This document shows, piece after piece, positions 39,862 to 57,613 of a stretch of 64,000 bases of DNA. Location: the NCBI GenBank assembly GCA_964016885.1, contig OZ024743.1:287184001-287248000 (forward strand), in the 5' to 3' direction. Within the stretch, counting starts at the first letter, position 1. Each line of letters starts with the position of its first letter. This DNA comes from Eledone cirrhosa (Eukaryota). Under the pieces are notes generated by a model. It had not been told where the DNA came from. It was given only the letters and a program-made list of their open reading frames with translations, and ran no database searches. The position numbers and the translations under genes were made by a program.

Positions 39862-40599
39862 TATCCTCTATGAGGTCACTAAACCTGCTAGAAACAGCAG
39901 CTAACTCTCCCCCATACCACACCACTCCCTACTGTCTTAAATTTAGAAAACACATATCCTCTATGAGGTTACTAAACCTGCTAGAAACAGCAGCTAACTC
40001 TCCCCCATATCACACCCATCCCTACTGTCTTAAATTTAGAAAACATATCTTCTATGAGGTCACTAAACCTGCTAGAAACAGCAGCTAACTCTCCTCCATA
40101 TCACACCACTCCCTACTGTCTTAAATTTAGAAAACACATATCCTCTATGAGGTTACTAAACCTGCTAGAAACAACAGCTAACTCTCCCCCATATCACACC
40201 CATCCCTACTGTCTTAAATTTAGAAAACATATCTTCTATGAGGTCACTAAACCTGCTAGAAACAGCAGCTAACTCTCCTCCATATCACACCACTCCCTAC
40301 TGTCTTAAATTTAGAAAACACATATCCTCTATGAGGTTACTAAACCTGCTAGAAACAACAGCTAACTCTCCCCCATATCACACCCATCCCTACTGTCTTA
40401 AATTTAGAAAACATATCTTCTATGAGATCACTAAACCTGCTAGAAACAGCAGCTAACTCTCCTCCATATCACACCACTCCCCACTGTCTTAAATTTAGAA
40501 AGCACATATCCTCTATGAGGTCACTAAACCTGCTAGAAACAACAGCTAACTCTCCCTCATATCACAACCCTCCCTACTGTCTTAAATTTAGAAAACACA
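39862..40599. repeat. Minisatellite of eight ~92-bp monomers arranged as a 184-bp dimer
   Basis: Identical ORF starts every 184 bp; alternating CACCACTCCC/CACCCATCCC and GTCACT/GTTACT variants. Confidence 0.95.
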
Positions 40600-40857
40600 C
40601 AGACAACCATGCAGAACAACTCCATCGCAGCTCTGTTGTTCGGCTGGCATCGTCTACGCGCGTGTTGCGCAAGTACTGTGAAACAATAAATTTCAACACT
40701 TTTTTGCACAGAGATAATATCCATAGACGAAACTACAATTGTCACTGCTGGCGCAGCTCATGCTTCCAGGTCTGCAATTCATTCACCCAGTGCCTGGCAG
40801 ACAAAAAAGTGCTGCCATAAAATGGGTGGTGCAACCTAACTTTGGTAACTTATATAT

Positions 40858-41809
40858 ATATAATCTGGTTCTCTCCTCCCTTCTCACTCAACGTTAAAAC
40901 CAATGTAGGAAAACAATTTCTAGCCCTCTTAGATAGACACTTCCCCATAGGTCATAAATACCGCTCCATCTTTAACCGACACAAAGTTAAACTAGGATAC
41001 TCCTGCGCTAAGAACATGAAGACCCACATCACCACCATCCCTAGGAGCAACACCCCACCAAGGGTGCTCTTGTCGTAAGCCTGAAGCTTGCCCCCTTCAA
41101 CAGCAATGCAACACACCAGCTGTAATCTATGAAGCTGTGGTCACTTCCAACCGACCAAACGAACCACAGGAGGTCAAATCCTATGTGGGCATGGCGGAGG
41201 GCCGATTCAAGGAACGTTTCCTGAACCACCAGTCTACCTTCAGATACCCGGACAGCGTTCATCCACGAAACTCGCGAGCCACGTATGGTCCCTCAAGGAC
41301 TCAAGTATAGACTACTCCATTCAATGGAAAGTCATCACTAAGTCCAAGCCATACGCAAGGGGAAGTCCGACGTGTGGCTTATGTATTAACGAACGAATAA
41401 CTATTCTAAAGAGATTACGCAATAGTGATTGCCTAAACACGAGAAGTGAATTTTTCACACGTTGTCCACACGTCGCCAAACACCTATTACATAACTACAA
41501 GGCTCCGAACTGATTCTTTGTAATTTTATTTTCAACCTAAAAAGTTTTCGGACTTTCGCAGTTATCTCCCTTACACCTCTCGCACGCAGTCTAATATTGC
41601 CTGTGTGAAGTGACCGGGTTTCTGCGCATGCGCGTTCGTACAGTTGCCCTTCCTGTTCCTATAACCATGCCGATTCCGAGCTGAAGATCCGCTAAGGTGA
41701 AACAATTGTTCTCGGTATGGTGAACTAACTGTTGTGTAACCACTTCTACCTAACTCGTCTCTTGGACTGAGTGCTCTACCACTACGGATATTACCTTCCA
41801 GTGTTCCAC

Positions 41810-41813
<4 letters not shown>
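40858..41813 (+). mobile_element. 5'-truncated PLE: GIY-YIG end plus pLTR with hammerhead 41676-41715
   Basis: [22 protein letters not shown]; VIYEAVV..YVGMAEG.FKER; C..C..E..LNTRSE..CPH; CCGAG-CTGAAGA-TCC(gctaa)GGT-GAAAC-AATT-GTT-CTCGG. Confidence 0.88.
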
Positions 41814-41851
<38 letters not shown>

Positions 41852-42045
41852 AAAATGATTAAAAAATGGATTTGAAGAGCGCACCTGGTATATATATATA
41901 TATAAAGGATCTTTATAATATGAACACAAATTGATGTTAGCAAAGCCTATTTTCTCCGTTTTGGATTATCAAAATATTTGTCATTAGGTTAAATTGTTTT
42001 TTGTTAAAACACAAGCATGCTGGTTCTCGACCACATTGTGTGTGT

Positions 42046-42809
<764 letters not shown>

Positions 42810-42904
42810 GTGTGTGTGTGTGTTTGTTAAGTATTAGAAAAGGTAAAGAAAAGAAGAGTGTTCTATGTATTGTACAGAGCTATTTAATTACATAATAATT
42901 GTTT

Positions 42905-42968
42905 TGTCTGACGAACGAACTAGATGTTTCTGCAAGAATCATCTAGTTTCTCGAAACCTTTGGTAATG
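42905..42968 (+). ncRNA. Hammerhead-like motif with long stem II (related degenerate copy 45885-45948)
   Basis: CTGACGA..AACTAGATG(..)CATCTAGTT..GAAACC-TTT-GGTA; stem I weak. Confidence 0.5.
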
Positions 42969-42994
42969 AAATAATTATATTGTGTTGTTTATTA

Positions 42995-43124
<130 letters not shown>

Positions 43125-43324
43125 GTGGGTTCAATCGGGGGTAATCACGGTAAATAAGGTACTCAATACATAGTAGAGTATTTACAATATTTAATATAAA
43201 AATAGCTTCTACAGGACTAGAACTGTTTTATTCGAAGGTAGAACTATATTATCAATTCTCAAAATAGAGTAGAGAAATAGACTTATAGAATGTAAATGCC
43301 AGCTTCATAAAGAAAGGAATATTT

Positions 43325-43845
43325 AAGGCAGGCCCATTCACTCGGACCATGTTCGTCACTCTCCCCACCTTTAAACAAACTGGTTGGAAGGCAGCACTTC
43401 CCTCTCCACCTAGATTTTCTTCTTAAAGTTAATCAGGGCTTTACTGAAGAGAAAAGTGATTATCTTCAACCCTTCAAACGCTTCCACCACACGACCCCTT
43501 TCGTCATAGCCACCAAACAGATAAAAACTGTCTGTCCTTCTTTTCTACAGGAAGACGGCGGTGCGATCTTCCCAATGGACTCAGTTGAAAGTTGGATCCG
43601 TCCACCGCGTGACAGCAGATATTCGACATAAACCCAGAAGTCAGCAATACTCGGACACTCGTGAATGCACGCAGGTCGGTTTCGTTGCTTCGTGCACATC
43701 TCAGTCAAACTCGGCTGATGGCACTTCCATGTTTCTAGAGTTTATCTCGAACTGACAAGCTCCTCGATAGCACTGCCAGGTCATGGACCGAATGTCATCT
43801 GGAAAAGAGTGGCTACTTGATTCACAAAAACATCATCTCCCCCCC
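43325..43845 (-). mobile_element. Decayed L1/Tx1-like LINE fragment related to 57900-58380
   Basis: Shared GGCCCATTCAC, GGCAGCACTTC, TTCGACATAA, GCACTTCC and poly-C blocks. Confidence 0.65.
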
Positions 43846-43879
43846 CCCCCCCCCGCCACTAACCCTCTATAAAATGCCT

Positions 43880-45355
43880 ATGTGCAATTTCCATCAATGG
43901 TACTGCCCGATTGGCTGATGGCTGTGAGCGCTTGAGGACATTCCAAAAGCGAGGAGTTGAATGTACTTGTTGACACTGTCCGTATTTTCAGCAATGATAT
44001 GTGTATGGAATTGGATGTTAATAAGTATGAAGTCCTAATGATGAGGAGAGGCAAATTGAAAAGAAGCAAAAGAACCTAGGTACCAACGAGTGAGATGATA
44101 AAGGAGATCGACATCAAAGAGGGATATAGGTATTTGGGTGTTTGGAAGGCTGGTAACATTAATGGACAATAAAATGAAGGAGATAAGATCTGAATACACA
44201 GAGAGAGTAGGGAACATGCTAAAATCACAGCTGAATAATAGAAAAGTCATAAGTTCAGTAAATTCTCGAGCTGTGTCTATTATTAGGTACAGTGCGGGAA
44301 TTCTTAAATTGAATGTAAACGAGCAAAAAGAACTGGATAGAAAGACAAGGAAATTAACGATCACGTACAGTATGTTTCATAAGAAGCGTGACGGTGATAG
44401 ACTGTACTTAAGGAGATCTGAATGTGGAAGATGTCTAATCAGCGTGGCGGACTATGTTTAGACGGAGAAGAGCTGTCTATAGAAATGTGTGCCTGAGAGT
44501 AACGAGCTAATGCTTAAGACTGCATTGAAGGAGAAGACAATAGACTAAGGGATGTCCAACAAAGAAGAAGAACAACCTGAATGAAAAGGCCCTTCGTTGC
44601 ATCTCTTTAAAGAGAACATAATTCAGAGATCCGCAGACATGGAACTGGTTAAAGAAAAGGGACATTAAGAAAGTTACAGAGGTAATGCTACTGGCTTTAC
44701 AGGAGCAAGCCCTTAGAAAGAAATGGATGAAACACCATTTTGACCAAGGAAGTCGCTAGCCCGCTTTATAGGATCTGTAGCGAGAAAGAGAAACTGTGGC
44801 TCACATCATATCCGTGTGTAAACACCTCGCATAGGCTCGTTATAAATGATAGAGGCATGATATCATAGAAAGAGTGATTCACTGACATTTATGCAAACTG
44901 AACAAATTATCTCATTCTGAGAAATGGTATGAGCATAAGTCAGAGTCGGTGATAGAAAACGACCGGGTGAAGGTGCTGTGGGATTTCAGGATTCAAACGG
45001 ACAAATAGTTAGAATACAATAAGCCTGACCTGGTGGTTTTTGACAAGGAAAAAAAAGAACTTGTTTGATTATAGATGTAGCTTGTCTCTTTGACACAAAC
45101 ATGCAAGAAAGGGTGAAGGAGAAAATTAACTGATACCATAAGAGCACTAGGTACTACCTCGAAGAGGTTCCAAAGCTGGTTAAAGAACATTAGCCCAGCC
45201 CCATTTTTTTAACACTCCAGAAGGCATGCCTACTGGGAACAGCAAGGACCCTCCGATATCTTAGGCTGTAGGTAGTGGCTTGATGTTCATTAGGGAAAAT
45301 TTTCCGGTTAAATAACAACAATGACTGAGATATCAAATTCATAATAGTAATAATT
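43880..45355 (+). mobile_element. Decayed R4/Dong-like non-LTR element (RT C-terminus, CCHC, restriction-like endonuclease)
   Basis: GYRYLG, VNSRAVSIIRYSAG, ELDRKTRK, DRLYL.R..GR.L, ET..HI.SVC, RHD, KWYEH, LWDF.IQTD, KPDLV; TAA-rich tail. Confidence 0.75.
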
Positions 45356-45449
45356 ATTATACACACACACACACATATATATATGTATGTATATATATAT
45401 ATATATATGTATGTATATATATATATATGTATGTATATATATATATGTT

Positions 45450-45524
<75 letters not shown>

Positions 45525-45601
45525 GCATGTATATATGTATGTATGTATATATGTATGTCTGTATATATGTATGTATATATGTATGTCTGTATATATGTAT
45601 G

Positions 45602-45670
<69 letters not shown>

Positions 45671-45994
45671 AAATAAAACAAGGACGAGTGGTTACTCCTT
45701 CATTACGTTTATTGGTTGGTGACGTACGTTTCGCTATTAATCACCTCATGGTTCGATATGTATCAATCTAGCCCAACTCTGTAATCAACTGCTGGTCGGA
45801 CCTCTTTGGTGGTAATGGCGCCAAAGAGGTCCGAGAAGCAGTTAATTTAAAATCTCATTTCTTATTTTCTATCCATAACATCTCTGTTTGATGACGGATC
45901 CAGACGTATATTACTATTGTCTGTGATCCAGAAACCTTTGGTAATGGAGTAGTTATATTTTGTGTTGTTCACTTTCTAATTAAATATATATATA

Positions 45995-48152
<2,158 letters not shown>

Positions 48153-48153
48153 T

Positions 48154-48367
<214 letters not shown>

Positions 48368-48515
48368 GATAAATCTACCAAGAGTTTACGGTAGTGTCCA
48401 ATCCGTATGAAGAACTCAATGTAATACATATATATCCCAGAAACGATCGTTAAATAATGAACTTTTTTTGTTTAATATAAGGAACTGTTTCATTGTTTTA
48501 TTCATTATTTTTTTA

Positions 48516-48563
<48 letters not shown>

Positions 48564-48664
48564 AAAAAATGGGGAGAAGAATACTGCATGGTTGCACATG
48601 GATAACATGTTATAAAATGAGTCCCTCATCAGTGATTTACCAACGGTCATAGGTATTTCATTGC

Positions 48665-48723
<59 letters not shown>

Positions 48724-48728
48724 ATATA

Positions 48729-48759
<31 letters not shown>

Positions 48760-48866
48760 TTATATGTATGTATGTATGTATGTATATATGTATGTTTGTA
48801 TATATGTATATATATATATATATATATGTATGTTTGGATATATGTATATATATATATATGCATGTT

Positions 48867-48931
<65 letters not shown>

Positions 48932-48943
48932 TTATATGTATGT

Positions 48944-49547
48944 CAGGTCACCACTTGGTGCTACTGGTAACATGTATCCCAGTACAACCTGTCTCATGGT
49001 CGGGTCGTTGGCGACTAAACTGGCAACCCCACCAAGGTTTCTTGGTGAGGAGGGTGACTTTGGACATCCTGCAGGACTAAAAACAAAACCTGTCAAAGGG
49101 CAAAGGAGCTCTTAAGAGTCAATGGCCATCCAAAATCAGTGGGAGAGATGACCCCTTAGCCTTTGTCAAGGCAGAATTCTAGGAGAAGGAAAACTCTGAT
49201 ATAACACCTGCAACCCTGATGGTATCCAATGATGTTGACTTGTTCTTCTTTTTGGTAAATATCATCTTGGTTAAGAGAGTGGGACTGGCTTTGTGCATTG
49301 CCTTTGCTCACTATAAAAGCTTCACGGCACAGGCATTGCTTTGTATCTGGAGATCTCTCTGCACTTGTCGTCACATGGTACCAAAGGCAAAGCACTATGT
49401 GTCAATAATTGTCACAAGTGTAGTGTTTGTACCAGAGTTTTCAAGTCGCTGGCTGGACTAAAAAGTCACTCGTTCAGCGCATCGGTAGGGGTTCTCCTAC
49501 ATGGATATAAAGTAGTGGCCGTACTCGAAAACGAGTTGGCAGCCACC
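48944..49547 (+). mobile_element. Short non-autonomous RTE-like element (5' UTR-like part joined to 3' zinc-finger end)
   Basis: 16-bp flanking duplication ATGTTTATATGTATGT; [19 protein letters not shown] near the 3' end; no RT. Confidence 0.55.
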
Positions 49548-49639
49548 ATGTTTATATGTATGTATGTATATATGTATGTTTGTATATATATATATATATA
49601 TATGTATGTTTGGATATATGTATATATATATATATGCAT

Positions 49640-49711
<72 letters not shown>

Positions 49712-49724
49712 TTGTGTGTATGTA

Positions 49725-49789
<65 letters not shown>

Positions 49790-49899
49790 ATCTATATATG
49801 TGTATATATGTATATATATATATGTATGTATATATATGTATATATGTGTGTATATATATATATGTATATATGTATATATATGTATATATATATATATAA

Positions 49900-49949
<50 letters not shown>

Positions 49950-50399
49950 ATGTATATATGTGTATATATGTATATATGTGTATATATGTATATATATATG
50001 TGTATATATGTATATATATATGTGTATATATGTATATATATATGTGTATATATGTATATATATATGTGTGTATATAATGTATATATATATATATGTATAT
50101 ATATGTATATATATATATATGTGTATATATATATGTATATATATGTATATATATATATATGTATATATATGTATATGTATTTATGTATATATATATATAT
50201 GCATATATATATATGTGTATATATGTATATATATATGTATATATATATATGTGTATATATATATGTATATATATGTATATATATATGTATATATATATAT
50301 GTATTTATGTATATATATATATATATGCATATATATATATGTGTATATATTTATATATATATGTGTATATATGTATATATATGTGTATATATGTATATA

Positions 50400-50487
<88 letters not shown>

Positions 50488-50547
50488 TATATATGCATAT
50501 ATATATACATATATATATGTATATCATGTATATATATGTTTATATAT

Positions 50548-50592
<45 letters not shown>

Positions 50593-50599
50593 TATATAT

Positions 50600-51440
50600 A
50601 AAACCACAACACACGAAAATCTCACAAACATAAATAGTCAGACCAAAAAAGTAATAAAAGACTTTAAAATTGAAGATAGGACGGAACCGTGTAATCGGAC
50701 ACCGAGAATCTCATTGAAAGACCACAAACCAGTCTTCCAGACTAAACATCCCATTAGATCAATAGCACCATCCAATCCGATCGCGGGGGACTTATCAAAT
50801 CTATTATAGACAAAATTTGATATGAACTTAGAAGTAAAATGCACTGAAGAGGTCCTAGGCTGGTTCTTCTACAGATCTAACCTCACGAGAAAGAAAGTTG
50901 GCCTTATTTTCATAGAATTTGAAGACAGACTCTGGGAAAGACATGACCGACCTGACAGTTTTGATATAACTATGGGGTCCAGTGACTCCGCACAAATCAC
51001 TGACGTGGTAGGACTTTACCTCTTACGCAGGTTTGCAGATGAGATCCTTAGTATAAGAATCAAACTATATGGAGACGACGCCCTGTTTACAGTTCACCGA
51101 CTTAACAATAGCCAATTAGAACGACTTTACAAACGACTTAGCTGTTAATTTTTTAATGTTGGACTGACAATAGAATAGAACCCAAAACAAGGACCGTAAA
51201 TTTCCTAGATGGAACGTTAAAATTGGACAACGGTTTGTACCACCCATACCACAAACTCAACGAAAATCTACAACAGGTGAATAGACACTCTAACCACCCA
51301 AAGGCCATTATTAACTCTATAGTTAAAAGTATCTCTAACAGGGTGTCTACCTTGTCGGCAAACGAAGATATCTTCAACTAGCATGCCGAGTATTAATTAC
51401 AACTCAGCACTGGCAAGGAGTATGAAGATAGGCTACAATA
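50600..51440 (+). mobile_element. Decayed PLE RT fragment
   Basis: [11 protein letters not shown]; FDITMGS.DSA.I.D.VGLYLL; LYGDD; VNFLD..L; SNHP..II..I. Confidence 0.7.
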
Positions 51441-52029
51441 TAACGACAATACTGACAAAGCGGCACAACTCAAATGCCAAAGGCCTTTCACCGCATGTAC
51501 ACATAGCAACGTGCCTGGCAGGGTAACTGCTTCCCCAGACTTAGCCGGGAAGCCAGGCCCTCCTACCATACTCGTAGTAATCGCATGACAGCTAGTCACT
51601 CTACAAGTTTACCTAAGACACAGACCTATAAAATAATAGATTGTAGAATACCCAATGACGGAGAACCGAAAAATAGTGAACGTGACCAACCACACACTGA
51701 ATAAAACCACAGAACTGAGCCTGACAACACTAGCAGAAATAGAGTAAATTCTAATAGCCACACCAGGACCAGGAGTCGAGTAGTGACGTGGTACAACGCG
51801 CTGTATTCGAAACACTGTATAGTTAGCCCTCAAACTGGGAAAAGGTGTTGCACATGACGATAGAGCATGTTAGCAGATGTCAGCAGCTGTGAGCCCAAAA
51901 CAATTGAGATCTGTAGATGAAATGATGTCCGCAATTCAGTCGATGGCAGGGGTGACGTCTAAACTAAAAGGGTATCTGGTGGGGGTCAACTTAGATATCT
52001 GCAAATTTTATGTTTATGGCAATTTATTG

Positions 52030-53470
<1,441 letters not shown>

Positions 53471-53504
53471 ATATATCAACTCGTATGTCACTTCTCTACA
53501 TTCT

Positions 53505-53622
<118 letters not shown>

Positions 53623-55214
53623 GATAATGATAATTGCAAAGACGACGGGCTGCGAAAGAACAAACATCGTATCAGTCCTGTTCCTTATCTATAGTCAACA
53701 TTAAAATGAAAATGTTACATGACAACCTTATTACTTAAAATTCTGTCTGATGAAGTCGTATTGGTGCATGTGTGATGACTGCATTTCGTAATCATGAATA
53801 GCACAGATATAGGTATAATGGCGGACTCTGAATAAAATTTGTTATTAATTTCTACAGGCTAATGTAATTCTCATTAACGTATGTATACTGTGTCATGGAC
53901 TACCATATTGCATTTAGAAGGATACACATGATATTGAGTGCTTGAATCTAATTGCATGATCGTTTACTGATAGAAGTGTTGCATAGACAGCCTGGTTGGT
54001 CAACATCTGATACAAAAGTATATATATATACACATTAAGTGCTAACAGCTAAGTCACGCTGTTCTGTAGGGTTTATTAGTTCATGAAATTATTGGTTGCG
54101 GATGTAATATCGTGTGTTCGTATTATAACTAAAATTAGTTCTGATCATGTATATACAACGCTCTTTTATCTTGTTGACATCATCGCTATATGTATCAGCA
54201 CACGCATACACAAACACATATATATATATTAATTGTTTCTACTTTAGGCACAAGTCCAGCAATTACCCAGTACATTACTGGTACTTTATTTTATCGACCC
54301 CGTAAGGATGAAAGGCAAAGTTAACCTCGGCGGGATTTGAACTCAGACTGTAAAGGGACGTAACTATGCTAGAAAGCATGGCGTCCAACCCTCTACCGAT
54401 ACTGCCAATTCACCACCCTATATATATATATTAATGTATGTATGTAACACATTCTGACAGACGGGGGCTTGTGAATTTCCCCACTCCCACGTGTGCAGTC
54501 ATTTCTGGCGCCACACCTGAATAGTGGAGTTTCCATCCTCTACCCAAATCTACAGCATCAGAGCCACGGAACTTTGTTGAGGAAACCCCGACTATATCTA
54601 GCCTCTCCACTAGTTCCTGCTCCTTACCCGCAAGGGTTGTGATATTCCAGGTTCAAATTGTCATGGTTTGCTCCCTTCCGGACCCTCTTTGGGGTCTCGG
54701 GATATGCAAACTTTGTGCGTTCGTCCCACGCCTCCCAGGACAGGTCACAGGCCTATCGCTAGTTTTTGCAGCTTGCAATGGAGACTGCAATATATTTTTC
54801 GAACAGGCCCTTCTACCTAAGACCTGAACGCGTCCCTTGTCAACTCGCGCGAAGGACGGTGCGGTATGGTTCATTTTTAGTTTCCTCATCATATTGCTGT
54901 TTCAGTTTCAGTGGTCTTATTCGCACCAGTCACCAATCTGGTACTTTGTCAAACCCGCGAAGACTAGGCTTTTTTAGAGCCGGTCTTTACTCACCTCGTC
55001 GTAGCTACATCACTGAGTTGTGAGTGTTTTCTTGGGAGTTACAGGTGTTACCCATTGCTTCATCTCCCCTAGTAGTTTACCGTTGTTGGTCCGGCAGTTG
55101 CCTGCTTATATCACAACTAGCCATCATATCTGGTGGTTGTATCGCTATCCATCACCTACAACCCGTTCTCTAGCAGAACAGCTCTGTGTGTGCCGGGTGG
55201 CCTGAATCGCTGTA

Positions 55215-55537
55215 AAGGCACCTAAGTAATGGCAATCAGGAGTGATAATCCTGATTTTCAAAGTGGGAGACAAAAGAGATTGTTCCAATTAAATATTCAA
55301 ACTGCGAGAGATCTTCAAGAAATCGTTGGAGTATTGTCAAGAGGTATATTCTTGCTTGTCGACCTTGTAAAGGAATATGATATTTCAAGGTTCCTTTATT
55401 TTAAGTATACAAATGTGTTTTATAAGTGACTGATAATTGTCAGGCTCCGGACAAGAATTTTTGGTATCAATGGGTTATTGACACCTGTCAAATCAATTAG
55501 TTGTGAGAGTGGTGGAATTTGCAACAACAACCGCGAC

Positions 55538-55588
<51 letters not shown>

Positions 55589-56070
55589 TATAAAAAAAGA
55601 GAAAATGTTCGCCCTACATGGCTGAATACAATAAATGTAATCTGAGTTTTTCGAATATTAATAATAACATTCGATTCGTTTGCAATTACGCAAACAAGCC
55701 TCATTTTTATAGCCATGTCAGTAGAATGAACCCTTCATTCTTGCTCTTGTGTGGGCATGTAAACAGAACTGCAGACACTAATGTTTCTGGGTATCACCCT
55801 TCATCAGTACAGCTGACCGTTCACCTGTCAACTGTCAGAGCTAGTGAAAATATATGCTATTTTCTAAAACATACAGTGACTGATCGGCCTGATTTGCATA
55901 TTGGCAGACTGGCTGATCAGTCATATCTGCTAATATGCATATTAGCAGATCTGACTCCATTCAATGGAGTAATCCGGAAAGTTCCGACCAAATCTAGGCA
56001 TACAGAAATGGGAATTTGTCTTGTGTGCTGTGTGTGCATCGATGAACCAATAAATATCTTGCGTAGATGA
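55215..56070 (+). mobile_element. Decayed RTE LINE fragments
   Basis: WQSGVIILIFKVGD, WEYCQEVY.CFVDLVK.YD, FNGVIRK remnants, similar to 4720-5253. Confidence 0.5.
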
Positions 56071-56362
56071 CGTAATAGATCTAATGTTTTTAATCACTGT
56101 CCCCACGCTTCAAAAGTAATTATTACGTAACTACAAGGACCAAGACTAATTTTATCCAGAATTAACTCAATTGTCTCCCTTTCATCAGTCTAACTTGAGT
56201 TATCCCCTTGTCGACGGGCATGCGCAAGACGAGTCAGCTAAACTTCCGTTTTTCAGGACAACCTCATTCTAGTTGAGAATCAATTGGCTGAAACGCGCAT
56301 CCTCCAGTATGGTTTGCTAATTTGTTGTGAAATTAATTTTATATATATATATATATATATTT

Positions 56363-57075
56363 GTAGCTCTAATTCATATGAATTATCGAGCACTTGCCAC
56401 ACAACTCGGAAGTGTTTTTCGTTAATTCCTGAGCTGAAATTCGATTCTCGCTAATTTTTACTTGTATTAATCTCCAGAGTCCAGCTATTGGTCAGTTAAT
56501 TTTATCGATTTTTTTGGTTTATTCTATTGACTGTTGAATAGCTTTGTTATATTTAACCACTCTGTCGAGAGCTTTATTCGATTTGTGATATTTTGCATTT
56601 TCGCAATATTATACACAACTGAATTCATTCGCCTAATATAAGTGTTGCCTCCCTTACTGAACTCCACGTGGGGTCAGTAACAGACACATTTATGTAGACT
56701 ATCGAACTGAATCCCGTTGACAACGCGTCCTCCTAGTTCGGTCATTCTACCAGAAGCCTAACATCCTTTATGTAAGCGGACAGTAAATTACTTATGGAGC
56801 CGCAGAAACCCAAATACTGGATTTTACCATCTCTCCAGGGGTCCGGGTAAATTTTCAACCATATATATTTTTATATATTTTTATATTTTTATATCTGCTT
56901 GTCCCGAATTAGACGGTCGTTTTTTCGCTGTGCGGATGATTAGTTTAACCACCATCTCAGCGCCTTTAACGTAAGTTGTAGCTCTAATTCATATGAATTA
57001 TCGAGCGCTTGCCACACAACTCGGAAGTGTTTTTCGTTAATTCCTGAGCTGAAATTCGATTCTCGCTAATTTTTA

Positions 57076-57078
<3 letters not shown>
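56363..57078. mobile_element. Non-coding ~615-bp unit with ~100-bp terminal direct repeat, flanked by (TA)n
   Basis: GTAGCTCTAATTCATATG...CGCTAATTTTTACTT at 56363-56463 and 56978-57078 (one mismatch). Confidence 0.75.
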
Positions 57079-57131
<53 letters not shown>

Positions 57132-57552
57132 AACGAGTAGGACCCCGACGGCTGAGCTTAAGCCGTTTCGACGGCTAATTCTCGACTAAAAAAGACCAGA
57201 ATTAGCCGTCGAAACGGCTTGAGCTCAGCCGTCGGGGTCCTACTCGTTCCTATTACCCACTCTACTATGCTAAGTATTGAGTACTTTGGTGCGTTATGGT
57301 CCATCTGATTCCTTACCACATTTCCTTCGTTATATATATATATATATACCCCCCCCCATATATATATATATATATATACATATATACACACATATACATG
57401 CATACATATATAAATACACACACACATACACCCACAGACACATATATATATAACAAATTAAGATGACAGATAAAAGTTCATAAATAATGTAATTCTTTAC
57501 AATTGTTTCGATACAAATCTCAATAAACTACATAGATAGGATAGATAAAATG

Positions 57553-57605
<53 letters not shown>

Positions 57606-57613
57606 ATAATAAT

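Noticed and set aside
39862-40599. CRISPR-like array or repeated 72-aa ORFs
   Set aside because: No unique spacers, no cas genes, eukaryotic context; the ORFs are by-products of the tandem repeat
49405-49470. Host C2H2 zinc-finger gene
   Set aside because: A single finger inside a duplication-flanked repeat, typical of RTE C-termini
53745-53790. Hammerhead at CTGATGAAGTC
   Set aside because: No GAAA core or stem III follows
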